Source of the DNA: Deltaproteobacteria bacterium
Lineage (GTDB): Bacteria > Desulfobacterota > GWC2-55-46 > UBA9637
Length of the DNA: 64,000 nucleotides
Direction: 5' to 3'
Assembly (NCBI GenBank): GCA_030690165.1
Contig: JAUYHF010000007.1
Location: 131,420 to 195,419 of the forward strand
Each line of letters begins with the position of its first letter. The first letter of the stretch is position 1. The translations under genes and the position numbers were made by a program. Under the pieces are notes generated by a model. It was not told the DNA's origin. It did not search any database and saw only the letters and a list, made by a program, of their open reading frames with translations. Of this stretch, positions 1-9,278 are shown piece after piece.

Positions 1-706
1 TGGCGATTTTTCAATACACTATAAGCTGAGGGTCTGGATAAACGACTACGGCTCAATATTAAAGATAAAAAACGGGCTGCATTATAATATCTGGTATGCG
101 TTTAAGCGGAATAATATTGAGATACCGTTCCCGATAAGGACAATCTACCGCCATAAAGAAGCGATAAGTATGGTTAAGCCAGAGGATATCGAGGTTTATC
201 TCAAAGGCATGGATTTTCTTAAGCCCTTATCGGATGCGGACATAAAGAGGGTTTCTGCTGCGGCAAAGATGGAAGTTTACGGCGCAGGAGAGATTATTTT
301 TAAGCAAGGGGATAAGGGCGACACATGTTATTTTATCAAAGACGGCGCTGTTGATGTATTTCTTATAGACGAGACAGGTAAAGAAAGTTATGTGGCAACA
401 TTAAAAGGCGGCGGGTTTTTCGGAGAGATGAGCCTTCTTACAGGGGAGGAGAGAAAGACGACTGTTAGGGCAAAAGAGGATTCCCTGTTCATTGTTATAG
501 ATTCAAGGAGTTTCTGCGAGGTGTTTGAGAAGAGCCCTGATTTAATGGAAAGGCTCAGCAAGATAGTTGCGGCCAGATCCCTTGAATTGGAAGAAACCAA
601 AAGAAAGATTGTAACAGAGGCAGAAAAGATTGAGGCGCGGATGTTTGCGGCAGAAGATGTGCTTGACAAGATTAGATCATTTTTTAAAGGGAAGGTGAAA
701 TCGTGA
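1..706 (+). CDS. MscS-family mechanosensitive channel C-terminal part fused to a cyclic-nucleotide-binding domain; 5' end upstream of window
   Basis: Frame is open from base 2 (WYAFKRNNIEIPFPIRTIY resembles the MscS C-terminal domain) and runs into track ORF 170-706, whose GGFFGEMSLL motif is the cNMP-binding phosphate-binding cassette. Confidence 0.6.
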   Translation, partial: GDFSIHYKLRVWINDYGSILKIKNGLHYNIWYAFKRNNIEIPFPIRTIYRHKEAISMVKPEDIEVYLKGMDFLKPLSDADIKRVSAAAKMEVYGAGEIIFKQGDKGDTCYFIKDGAVDVFLIDETGKESYVATLKGGGFFGEMSLLTGEERKTTVRAKEDSLFIVIDSRSFCEVFEKSPDLMERLSKIVAARSLELEETKRKIVTEAEKIEARMFAAEDVLDKIRSFFKGKVKS

Positions 707-2418
707 AAACTGCAAATTGCAAATTGAAAATTAAAAATTGCAATCTTGTCCCCGAAATTTTTTATCGGGGATTAAAAATTATTCTATTATTCCTCATGAT
801 AGCTTTTTTGCCTGCTGCTGCCTTTTCGTCAACAATCATACTTGAAGGGAGTATGGATGAGTTTATAGAGATTGAACAGAATCAAGGCTTTTCTGTCCCG
901 CCTTCAGGGTTAAAAAAATTAGTGTTCCGTTTTGCAAGCCCGGTTTCATTTGCAAGTTCAACTGTAAATCAGGATGTTAAAGATTACGCACTTGTCTACG
1001 AGCCCAAGCCCGCATCCGTGGAAACAGAGACCGATGCCTTCGGGAATAAATTTACTAAGGTTACATGGCTTAATATAAACAGGAATGCCTCTGTAAGCGG
1101 GAAGTTTACGGCTGCGCTATTTATAACCCTCAAAGAACTGGCGAGCGCAGCGCCGTTTCCATTGAAAGATGCGGCAGAAAAAGAAAAGAGGTTTCTTGTT
1201 TCTACGCCGCTTACGCAGGCAGATAATCAAAGGATTAAAGGACTGGCAAATAACCTTTCAAGAGGCTCCGCCACAGAAGAAGCGGCAGTAATCCAGATTT
1301 TAAACTGGGTGGTTGATAATGTTAAATATACTACCAATCCTCCGCAGTATGACGCTGTCTATACGTTGGATACTGGAACCGGGAACTGCCAGAATTTTTC
1401 ACATCTGTCTATTGCACTTTTAAGGGCTGTTGGCATACCTGCAAGGATTGTAGGTGGAATTACCCTGAATAAGTCATGGAAGGCGCCTCTTAAAAAAGGG
1501 AGCCTTGTCCAGAGCATAGGACAGGGTGGCCATGCGTGGCTTGAGGTATATTATCCTGATATCGGCTGGATTCCATATGATGCCCAGCAGAGTCATCTCT
1601 TTGTAAGTCCAAGGCACATAAAACAGACAACAGGTTTAGATGCAAAGGACATAAACGACTCATGGCTTGCCTCGCCAACGCTTCCGCCGTTCAGAGAGGA
1701 TATTCAGGCAAACTTTGTAAGAGACGATATAAAACTCTCATTTAAAGATATCAAGGCAAATCCATCCAATTATATCCTTACTAATGCAATTATCGCGCAT
1801 GTTGAAAAACCTGTTATAGAGATTCAGGCCCCTGAAAGGCCCAAGCCAAAACCTGCAAAGGTTATGGAAAGGGTTGAGTTTGGGAATATGGAATTTCCTT
1901 CTTTTGTTGATATATTCGTTAAAGGCAAAGGAGGGGAGGAGGGTTATAAGACGCTGGATAAAGAGACGGCTGAATATGTTACCTCCGAATACACTTACGC
2001 CCAGGCATTTACTATCTCAAGGCAAATGAAACTTGAGGAGATAAATCTTGCAATGCACAAATTTGGAGGCAGGGCAGGGAGCCTGTGGTTAGATGTTGTT
2101 AAGGATGACAATGGAAAGCCGGGCATGGAAGGGATAAGAAGCTTTCCGCTCAACCTTGATACCGTGAAATACTCTCCTGGATACCAGTGGTTTCCGTTCA
2201 GATTTGCGAAGGAACTTTCTGATAATCCTGTCCTGACGCCGGGCCGTTACTGGATAATTTTGAGAAAATCTAAGGATGCGATCGTGAATTGGTTTTATAT
2301 CCCCGGCAATCCTTACGGCGATGCGGATGATACCCGCTCAACCAGCCAGGGGATTGACTGGTTAGACATATTAAATTACGATTTTAACTTCAAGGCAGCA
2401 GGGGTGTATTTGGAATAA
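703..2418 (+). CDS. transglutaminase-like domain protein, secreted or membrane-anchored
   Basis: GTGNCQNFSHL ... GHAWLEVYYPDIGWIPYD matches the Cys-His-Asp transglutaminase-like core; hydrophobic N-terminus; GTG start overlaps previous stop; true start may be the ATG near 796. Confidence 0.6.
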   Translation: MKTANCKLKIKNCNLVPEIFYRGLKIILLFLMIAFLPAAAFSSTIILEGSMDEFIEIEQNQGFSVPPSGLKKLVFRFASPVSFASSTVNQDVKDYALVYEPKPASVETETDAFGNKFTKVTWLNINRNASVSGKFTAALFITLKELASAAPFPLKDAAEKEKRFLVSTPLTQADNQRIKGLANNLSRGSATEEAAVIQILNWVVDNVKYTTNPPQYDAVYTLDTGTGNCQNFSHLSIALLRAVGIPARIVGGITLNKSWKAPLKKGSLVQSIGQGGHAWLEVYYPDIGWIPYDAQQSHLFVSPRHIKQTTGLDAKDINDSWLASPTLPPFREDIQANFVRDDIKLSFKDIKANPSNYILTNAIIAHVEKPVIEIQAPERPKPKPAKVMERVEFGNMEFPSFVDIFVKGKGGEEGYKTLDKETAEYVTSEYTYAQAFTISRQMKLEEINLAMHKFGGRAGSLWLDVVKDDNGKPGMEGIRSFPLNLDTVKYSPGYQWFPFRFAKELSDNPVLTPGRYWIILRKSKDAIVNWFYIPGNPYGDADDTRSTSQGIDWLDILNYDFNFKAAGVYLE

Positions 2419-2429
2419 GGAGGTATCAG

Positions 2430-2666
2430 GTGAAGGTCTTTACAGAAGAGGAACTAAAGCAATACGACGGAAGCCAGCAGGGGAAGCCGATACTCTTTGC
2501 TTACAAGGGCAAGGTCTATGATATTACGGCCAGCCCTTTATTCCTGGATGGCCTCCACTTTGAGCATTATGCCGGCATGGATTTGACCGATTATATGGCC
2601 GATGCGCCCCACAAAGATGAGGTGCTGGAAAAATTAAGGGTAGTTGGCGAATATAAGGGAGGATAA
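2430..2666 (+). CDS. cytochrome b5-like heme/steroid-binding domain protein
   Basis: 78 aa; FTEEELKQYDGSQQGKPILFAYKGKVYDIT is typical of the cyt-b5-like domain; RBS AGGAGGT before the GTG start. Confidence 0.5.
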   Translation: MKVFTEEELKQYDGSQQGKPILFAYKGKVYDITASPLFLDGLHFEHYAGMDLTDYMADAPHKDEVLEKLRVVGEYKGG

Positions 2667-2706
2667 AATACAGGCTAAAAGGTTGGAGGGGGAGGGGGAG
2701 GCATTT

Positions 2707-4758
2707 CTATTCGCCATTCTCTGCAATCCGGCCGGCAAGATTAGCCTCCGAACCATATCTGTATATTGTTTTATATGCCTCATAATAACCTATTACTCTT
2801 TCCACATATTTTCTTGTCTCCTGATATGGGATATTTTCCACAAATTCATCCGTATCAAGCCCGCCCCATTTTTTCAGCCACTCGTCCACTGCATTGGGGC
2901 CTGCATTATATGCAGCAACAGCAAGAGGGAGATTACCTTTAAATCTCGTAATCATTGTTTTAAGATACCATGCGCCAAAACTTATATTAATGGCCGGTAG
3001 AAACAGTTTATCTTGTTTAAATGACGGGTGAGAAAGTTTTCTGGCTATCATTTCTCCTGTGCCCGGCATTATTTGCAGCAAGCCGACTGCCCCTGCGCCT
3101 GAGACTGCCTTTTCGTCAAATTCACTCTCCTGCATCATTACTGCATAGACAAGGAGAGGGTCTATTTGCAATTCATTGGCAGCACTCTCCACCAGTTCTT
3201 TATAGCCTTCAGGAAAGGCAAGTTGGTATGCGAAATCAGTAAAATCATATGATAAACTCCTCGCTGAAATATAGGAATGATGAAAATCACCTGCCTGCCT
3301 GTATAGTAAACTTATATTTATCGGGTCTTGCCTGTAGTTCATGGACGCCAATTCCTTTAATGCAAGGTTGTTCAGCCCAAGCCCTAATAATCTCTGCGCC
3401 CTTTGCATAGGCAGAGACTCATATGAATTTTGGCTCTCATATTTTTGGATTTTAAAATTCACCTCCTGCAGTTCGTGACCTGAAATCTCTTCCAACGCCT
3501 TTCTGCTCTTGACAGAATAATAGACGGGTGGAAAACTATCTGCGGCAATCTTGAATAGCCTTGCAGCATTATCCTTTTTACCAAGCATAAGAGATATCTT
3601 CCCCTGCCAATATACTGCCCGCATCCTTAACGGCGAGTTTTCCAGAGGATTCAATGTTTCAAGGGATTCCTCCAAATTTCCCTGCGAGTATAATAGCCAG
3701 CTTATCTGCCACAGTGCATCATTTTTATAAGAAGATGAAGGGTTTTCTGCTATAAGTTGTTTTAAAAAAACAGCAGTCAGATTTACATCTCCTTCATCTT
3801 TTGCAATCATGGCAAGCCTATAGAGTGCCTCTCCTCTCAGGCCTCTGTCATTATATACAGATATAAAAGTCTTTAATACATCTCTGGCGGACTTGAAATC
3901 CTTTAGCTTAATATAAGCCCTGGCAAGATAGATGAGCGATTCCTGTCTTATTTTGCCGTCTCCAGCAGATGAGAATAATTCTTTAAAAATCTCCACGGCC
4001 TTTTTATAATTTTTTGCCTGATAAAATACCTGCCCGAGAAGGAAACTCATTTTGTCGTCATGTTTTAACGGGACATCATACGGAAACCACGGCGGGCCTT
4101 CAAAAAGATATGCCTTGCTTTCTTCAATAGCCTTTCCATAATTTCTTGCCTTTAATAAGCCCTTTGCCCTCGTAGAGAATTCATCTATGTTTAATTTTCT
4201 GACCTCGCCTGATAAGACCTGGGAAATAAAAGAATTATCGCTATATTCTGCTTGCGGGAATTCGGTCAGTAATCTTTTAATAAAAGGAAAGGCTTCTCCC
4301 TGTCTGTTGCTCTGCATTAAGAGAGGGATAAGTTTGTAAAGGATGTGCGGGGTTTGAGGGTTATCCGAATGTCCGGTTAAAAGCCCTTTATAGGTATTTA
4401 TGGAGTTTGCCGCATCGCCCTTTGCAAGGTAGATGTCGCCGATTTTTTCTTGGGCAGAGGGTTCTAACGGGCCTTTAGGATTGTAGTTGATGCAGGCAGT
4501 GAATGCGTTTAATGCCTCGTCAACTTTATTAAGAGATAGATATGCCTCTCCAAGATAATACAGGGCATAGTCGGAGAGGATAGTATCTCCTTTTCCTGCT
4601 GATTCCAGATAACCTATTGCCTTTTCAAAGCTGCCGTCCTGGTATGCCTTGTAGCCAAGGGAGAGGTTATTTTCAGGTTCTCCTGCATGGATATTAGGCA
4701 CAGCAACAAAGATATACGAGGCGACAACAAAAGATATTATGTGTTTTATATCAGGCAT
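2707..4758 (-). CDS. soluble lytic murein transglycosylase with TPR-like repeats
   Basis: C-terminal SLT motifs MMQESEFDEKAVSGAGAVGLLQIMP and AYNAGPNAV; N-terminal signal peptide and repeated TPR-like helices. Confidence 0.8.
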   Translation of the reverse strand: MPDIKHIISFVVASYIFVAVPNIHAGEPENNLSLGYKAYQDGSFEKAIGYLESAGKGDTILSDYALYYLGEAYLSLNKVDEALNAFTACINYNPKGPLEPSAQEKIGDIYLAKGDAANSINTYKGLLTGHSDNPQTPHILYKLIPLLMQSNRQGEAFPFIKRLLTEFPQAEYSDNSFISQVLSGEVRKLNIDEFSTRAKGLLKARNYGKAIEESKAYLFEGPPWFPYDVPLKHDDKMSFLLGQVFYQAKNYKKAVEIFKELFSSAGDGKIRQESLIYLARAYIKLKDFKSARDVLKTFISVYNDRGLRGEALYRLAMIAKDEGDVNLTAVFLKQLIAENPSSSYKNDALWQISWLLYSQGNLEESLETLNPLENSPLRMRAVYWQGKISLMLGKKDNAARLFKIAADSFPPVYYSVKSRKALEEISGHELQEVNFKIQKYESQNSYESLPMQRAQRLLGLGLNNLALKELASMNYRQDPINISLLYRQAGDFHHSYISARSLSYDFTDFAYQLAFPEGYKELVESAANELQIDPLLVYAVMMQESEFDEKAVSGAGAVGLLQIMPGTGEMIARKLSHPSFKQDKLFLPAINISFGAWYLKTMITRFKGNLPLAVAAYNAGPNAVDEWLKKWGGLDTDEFVENIPYQETRKYVERVIGYYEAYKTIYRYGSEANLAGRIAENGE

Positions 4759-4895
4759 GAGATAAAAGTAACACAGCTGTTAGTAGTTGTCAATTTAACC
4801 CTAAATGCGCCTTTCCTTGACTTCTCCTCATAAGTTGTTTTAAACTTCATAACCGGCGCTTTGTTTTGTGACTAAATGGAGAGGAAGAATAGAAT

Positions 4896-6086
4896 ATGAG
4901 CCCCTCAAATCTATCCATAAATGGTTTTAAATCAGCAGGCATCTGCTGCGGAATAAAGAAGGACGGGGGAAAAGACCTTGCCCTGATATATTCTGAATTG
5001 CCTGCCACTCTTGCAGGTGTGTTTACAAAAAATAAAATAAAGGCAGCGCCTGTCCTTATTGATATGCAGAGGATTAAAAAAGGTCTGTGTCAGGCAATAA
5101 TTATAAACAGCGGCAATGCCAATGCCTGCACAGGCAAAAAAGGCATGGAAGATGCAAAAAGCATGGTCGCGGCAGTCGAAGATGCGCTTGGAATAAAAAA
5201 GGGTTTTGCAATGGTCTCGTCAACAGGGGTTATTGGGCAGAGGCTCCCGATTGACAGGCTAAAAAAAGGCATTCCAAAACTTGTTTTCTCCCTTTCATCA
5301 AAAGGCTGGAATGATGCAGTTAATGCGATTATGACAACAGACGCATTTCCAAAGATTGCGTTTGAAAAATGCAGAATAGGCGGCAAAGATATTACTGTTT
5401 TAGGTATCGCCAAGGGCGCGGGTATGATATGCCCGAATATGGCTACTATGCTGGCATTTATCGTAACTGATGCAGAGGTAGAAAGAAAAACATTGCAATC
5501 GGCTTTGAAAAAAGCGGTTGACAAATCATTTAACTGCATAACAGTGGACGGAGATACATCAACTAATGATACTGTGTTGCTCATGGCCAATGGAAAAGCA
5601 GGGAATAAGCACTTTACAGTTCACAGTTCACAGTTCACACCTTTTTATCAGATGCTTGAAAAGGTCTGTCAGAGTCTTGCAAAGATGATTGTAAGGGATG
5701 GTGAAGGTGCAACAAAGCTATTGGAGTTTAATGTTAGCGGCGCAAAGACAGATAAAGACGCAAAAAAGATCGCAGAGACTGTTGCCAATTCGCCTCTTGT
5801 GAAGACGGCATTCTTTGGCGAGGATGCCAATTGGGGAAGAATAATTGCTGCAATAGGCCGTTCAGGCGCATATGTGAAAGAAGAAAAGATAAATATATAT
5901 TTCAATGGTGTGCCTGTTGTGTTAAGAGGTCTTGACGCAGACAGAGAAAGGGATGCGGCAAAGGCTGTTAAGAATGAGAATATATGCGTAAAGATTGAGA
6001 TGGGTTTGAGCAAAGGCAAAAAGACAGTCTGGGCAAGCGATCTGTCGTATGATTATGTAAAGATAAATGCGGCGTATAGAAGCTGA
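4896..6086 (+). CDS. argJ: bifunctional glutamate N-acetyltransferase / amino-acid acetyltransferase ArgJ
   Basis: ATMLAFIVTDA autoprocessing region, TVDGDTSTNDTV and DGEGATKLLE motifs; 396 aa; carries an in-frame CAGTTCA x3 heptamer array at 5617-5639. Confidence 0.9.
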   Translation: MSPSNLSINGFKSAGICCGIKKDGGKDLALIYSELPATLAGVFTKNKIKAAPVLIDMQRIKKGLCQAIIINSGNANACTGKKGMEDAKSMVAAVEDALGIKKGFAMVSSTGVIGQRLPIDRLKKGIPKLVFSLSSKGWNDAVNAIMTTDAFPKIAFEKCRIGGKDITVLGIAKGAGMICPNMATMLAFIVTDAEVERKTLQSALKKAVDKSFNCITVDGDTSTNDTVLLMANGKAGNKHFTVHSSQFTPFYQMLEKVCQSLAKMIVRDGEGATKLLEFNVSGAKTDKDAKKIAETVANSPLVKTAFFGEDANWGRIIAAIGRSGAYVKEEKINIYFNGVPVVLRGLDADRERDAAKAVKNENICVKIEMGLSKGKKTVWASDLSYDYVKINAAYRS

Positions 6087-6090
6087 AAAA

Positions 6091-6170
6091 AGAGTCAGAG
6101 AGTCAGAGTGTCAAAGAGTCAGAGCAATATCAAAAAGTTTGACTCTATGACTCTTTGAATCTTTGACTCT
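6091..6170. repeat. octamer-unit repeat array; left terminal inverted repeat of the HEPN cassette (33-bp IR at 6138-6170)
   Basis: AGAGTCAG-type units 6091-6125 followed by TTTGACTCT-type units 6138-6170; 6138-6170 is the exact reverse complement of 6612-6644. Confidence 0.75.
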
Positions 6171-6185
6171 AAACCGGAGGTTTTT

Positions 6186-6608
6186 ATGGAAGGTTTGGCA
6201 AAAGAGGCAGACAGGTGGTTTAGGCAGGCAGAGAATGATCTGAAGTCAGCAGGATGGAGCCAGCAGGGCGGTTTTTACGCGCATGCGTGTTTCTGGGCTC
6301 AACAAGGTGCTGCAAAGACGCTGCGGGCATTCCTGTTCATGCAAAAGGAGGATGCAAGGGAGACTCGTTCTGTCAGCGAACTCCTTGAAAGGTGCCTTAC
6401 ATACGATGAAGACTTTAAGGCAATTGTTGAATCCGGCAGCAGATTAGATATATATTACAAGACAAGCCGGTATCCTGACAGCCTTCCAGGCGGCATACCT
6501 GCCGAGATTATATCTGCCAGAGATTCCAAAGAGGCGATAAAGATCGCATCGGATATTTTTGCCCTTGTGGAGGAAAAGAGAAAGACGTATATTCCGGAAG
6601 TGATGTGA
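6186..6608 (+). CDS. HEPN domain protein, solo (no nucleotidyltransferase partner)
   Basis: 140 aa helical protein with the HEPN-family RYP signature (YYKTSRYPDSLPGG); own RBS GGAGG at 6176-6180; a position expected to be His is Arg (TRSV). Confidence 0.65.
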   Translation: MEGLAKEADRWFRQAENDLKSAGWSQQGGFYAHACFWAQQGAAKTLRAFLFMQKEDARETRSVSELLERCLTYDEDFKAIVESGSRLDIYYKTSRYPDSLPGGIPAEIISARDSKEAIKIASDIFALVEEKRKTYIPEVM

Positions 6609-6611
6609 AAC

Positions 6612-6699
6612 AGAGTCAAAGATTCAAAGAGTCATAGAGTCAAAATTTTGCTGCTGTTTCAATTACTCTGACTCTGCGACCCTCTGACTCTTTGACTCT
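6612..6699. repeat. octamer-unit repeat array; right terminal inverted repeat of the HEPN cassette (33-bp IR at 6612-6644)
   Basis: 6612-6644 AGAGTCAAAGATTCAAAGAGTCATAGAGTCAAA is the reverse complement of 6138-6170; a second inverted array at 6664-6699. Confidence 0.75.
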
Positions 6700-6715
6700 A
6701 TCAAAAGGAGTCCTA

Positions 6716-7495
6716 TTGCCAGATACCTTAATTTACATCTTCACATTTATTTTCGGCAGCATTGTAGGAAGTTTTTTAAATGTCTGCATCCACCGCATCC
6801 CAGAAGGCAAATCAATAATATTTCCTCCATCCTCTTGTCCGAATTGCAATAATCCTATTGCATTTTATGATAATATTCCTATTGTAAGTTATATTGTCCT
6901 TCTTGGCAGGTGCCGTAGCTGCAAAACTCCTATCTCGCTGCGGTATCCTTTTGTGGAATTTTTAACAGGTCTTTTTGCTATAATGCTTTTACATAAATAT
7001 GGTTTTTCAGTGATGTTTTTTATCTATTTTCCCTTTGTGTCAAGCCTTATCGTAATAACATTCATAGATATTAAATATCGGATAATTCCTGATGTTATAA
7101 GTCTTCCCGGGATTGGTGTAGGCTTGTTGGCTTCTTATTTTTTGCCTGTCGGGATATTGAATTCTGTCATAGGGGTTTTAGTCGGAGGCGGAACCCTTTT
7201 TCTGATTGCCTTTAGCTATCACTTTGTTACAGGCAGGGAAGGCATGGGTGGCGGAGATATAAAGCTCCTTGCAATGATAGGCGCATTTCTTGGTTGGAAA
7301 GCCGTTATAATAACCTTATTCACAGGCTCGTTTATTGGCGCTGCTGCCGGGTTTGTATTGATGCTGGCAAAAGGTAAGGACAGCAAATACGCCATACCCT
7401 TTGGTCCGTTTCTTGCCGTAGGCGCGCTAATTTCCCTCTTTTTTGGAGAATACCTTATAAAATGGTATTTATCGGGTATGCGGGCGGGTATGTGA
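6716..7495 (+). CDS. pilD: prepilin peptidase (A24 family)
   Basis: GSFLNVCIHRIP, CPNC ... CRSC tetracysteine motif and GGGDIKLL region; track ORF starts at TTG 6692 inside the repeat; TTG 6716 after RBS AAAGGAG is the more plausible start. Confidence 0.85.
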   Translation: MPDTLIYIFTFIFGSIVGSFLNVCIHRIPEGKSIIFPPSSCPNCNNPIAFYDNIPIVSYIVLLGRCRSCKTPISLRYPFVEFLTGLFAIMLLHKYGFSVMFFIYFPFVSSLIVITFIDIKYRIIPDVISLPGIGVGLLASYFLPVGILNSVIGVLVGGGTLFLIAFSYHFVTGREGMGGGDIKLLAMIGAFLGWKAVIITLFTGSFIGAAAGFVLMLAKGKDSKYAIPFGPFLAVGALISLFFGEYLIKWYLSGMRAGM

Positions 7496-7498
7496 GCT

Positions 7499-9157
7499 AT
7501 GGATAAAATAAAAAAAACTTGGGGCATAAGAGGCCAGCTTATTGCAGGACTTACGCTTGTAACAGTGGCTGCCATAGCCCTTCTTGGATTTTTAAGCATC
7601 AAGATGCTGGAATGGAGCGCCTTGTTCAGAAAGGCTAAAGAGGCAGAGGTCATTGCCGCGGTTGTTCAAACATTTGTTCAGGACAGGCAGGGGGCAGAGG
7701 CAAAGGGGTTCAGGGATTTTGTAAAAAGTATTATGGAAAAAGGCATAATAAGAGATATGAGCATAACAGATGAAAAGGGAAGGGTATTTTTTGTTACAGG
7801 TGAGGGTGTGCTGACAGACAAAGACGAGGGGAGGCTGCTCTTTTCTGTTAAAGGATTAGCGGTGAAGACTACAGGCGGGGGGTGGTTTGAGGGGGTTGGA
7901 AAGGAATTGTTTATATCAACGTCCTTGAAGCAGGGGTCGGGGGCAGGGGGCCTGGGGCTTGGGAGATTAGTTTTTTCCATGCCTCTTTCGGATATAAAGG
8001 AAGAGGGCGCAAATTTCAGAAGGTTTATCTTTTTCTACTCCTTGTTTGATTCGCTCATTATAATAACGTTAGGCGTCTATCTATTTTCCAGAGGCATAAT
8101 AAGGCCTATGGCTCTTCTTAAAGAGACCGCTGAAAGTATAGCCGGCGGCAGACTTGAACATAGGGTAAATATAAAGCCCTCCAATGAGATAGGGAGTTTT
8201 GCCTTATCTTTCAATATAATGGCTGATAAACTTGAGGAAAAGATAAAGACATTGGAAAGGCTTAATAAAGAACTTACAGCCATGCAGGGAGAATTGATAA
8301 GGTCTGAAAAACTTGCCACTGTTGGAAGGCTTGCAGCAGGCATTGCCCATGAGATAGGAAATCCTCTGGGCGCAATACTCGGTTATGTTGATATACTCAA
8401 AAAAGGCGCAGCCCCCCCCATCACCGTAGCCGCAGGTTTTAGCCTGCATAATGAGGAGGCGCTGGAAATACTTACACGGCTTGAGAAAGAAATATTAAGG
8501 ATTGACATCATAGTGAGGGGCCTTCTTAATTTTTCAAGACCGTCGATCCCGCTCAGCGGGACGAAAGAGGCTATGCATAATATTGATATAAACCGGACAG
8601 TAGAAGATTCCGTTGAAATACTTTTGCCGCAGTTTTCTGCAAACGGCATATCATTTGACCTAAATCTTGACAAGGATGTACCAAATGTCTTCATTGATGA
8701 TGGCAAGCTTAAACAGGTTCTGCTGAATATATTCATCAATGCAAAGGATGCGATGCCTGAAGGCGGAAAGATATTTATAAAAACAGAGGCCAGACCTGCC
8801 CCTGCAAGCCTGCCCCTGCAAGCAGTAAGCAGGGGTAGTAAGCAGGGGGGACAGCGCTCAGAGGTCAGGAGAAGAAAAAACGATATGGCAGATGCGGACA
8901 TTGCAGGCATACGCATTCAAACTTTGGGCCGCAGCTATGTTATAATTTCTATTACTGATACTGGAAGAGGCATCAGGGAAGAAGACATCGGCAAGATATT
9001 CGACCCGTTTTTTACAACAAAAGAGCAAGGGAAAGGGACAGGTTTGGGGCTTGCAGTATCGCTTGGAATTGTTCAGACATTTGGCGGAGATATAAAGGTG
9101 AAGAGCGAAGCGGGAAAGGGAACTATCTTTGAGATTTTACTGCCTACCATACGATAG
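7499..9157 (+). CDS. sensor histidine kinase with HAMP domain, PilS-like
   Basis: Two N-terminal TM segments, HAMP region, H-box HEIGNPLGAI, N-box LLNIFINAKDAM, G-box GTGLGLAVS; repeat-encoded insertion (8796-8860) in the ATPase domain. Confidence 0.8.
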   Translation: MDKIKKTWGIRGQLIAGLTLVTVAAIALLGFLSIKMLEWSALFRKAKEAEVIAAVVQTFVQDRQGAEAKGFRDFVKSIMEKGIIRDMSITDEKGRVFFVTGEGVLTDKDEGRLLFSVKGLAVKTTGGGWFEGVGKELFISTSLKQGSGAGGLGLGRLVFSMPLSDIKEEGANFRRFIFFYSLFDSLIIITLGVYLFSRGIIRPMALLKETAESIAGGRLEHRVNIKPSNEIGSFALSFNIMADKLEEKIKTLERLNKELTAMQGELIRSEKLATVGRLAAGIAHEIGNPLGAILGYVDILKKGAAPPITVAAGFSLHNEEALEILTRLEKEILRIDIIVRGLLNFSRPSIPLSGTKEAMHNIDINRTVEDSVEILLPQFSANGISFDLNLDKDVPNVFIDDGKLKQVLLNIFINAKDAMPEGGKIFIKTEARPAPASLPLQAVSRGSKQGGQRSEVRRRKNDMADADIAGIRIQTLGRSYVIISITDTGRGIREEDIGKIFDPFFTTKEQGKGTGLGLAVSLGIVQTFGGDIKVKSEAGKGTIFEILLPTIR

Positions 9158-9187
9158 ATTTTGTAGTTGCTCAATTTATTGAGCGTA

Positions 9188-9243
9188 TTGTAACTCAAGG
9201 CTTTAGCCTTGAAAAACTCAAACCTGAAGGTTTGAGTTACAAG
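9188..9243. repeat. 56-bp structured palindromic element, copy 1
   Basis: TTGTAACTCAAGGCTTTAGCCTTGAAAAACTCAAACCTGAAGGTTTGAGTTACAAG; near-identical copy at 22862-22917; nested complementary arms. Confidence 0.6.
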
Positions 9244-9278
9244 CGCCGATAAATCGGCAAACTACGGTTTAAAAAACT

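Noticed and set aside
8383-8916. 177-aa and other antisense ORFs inside the histidine kinase (also 388-669, 5090-5590, 50893-51447)
   Set aside because: All overlap genes with clear catalytic motifs on the + strand and have no start context of their own.
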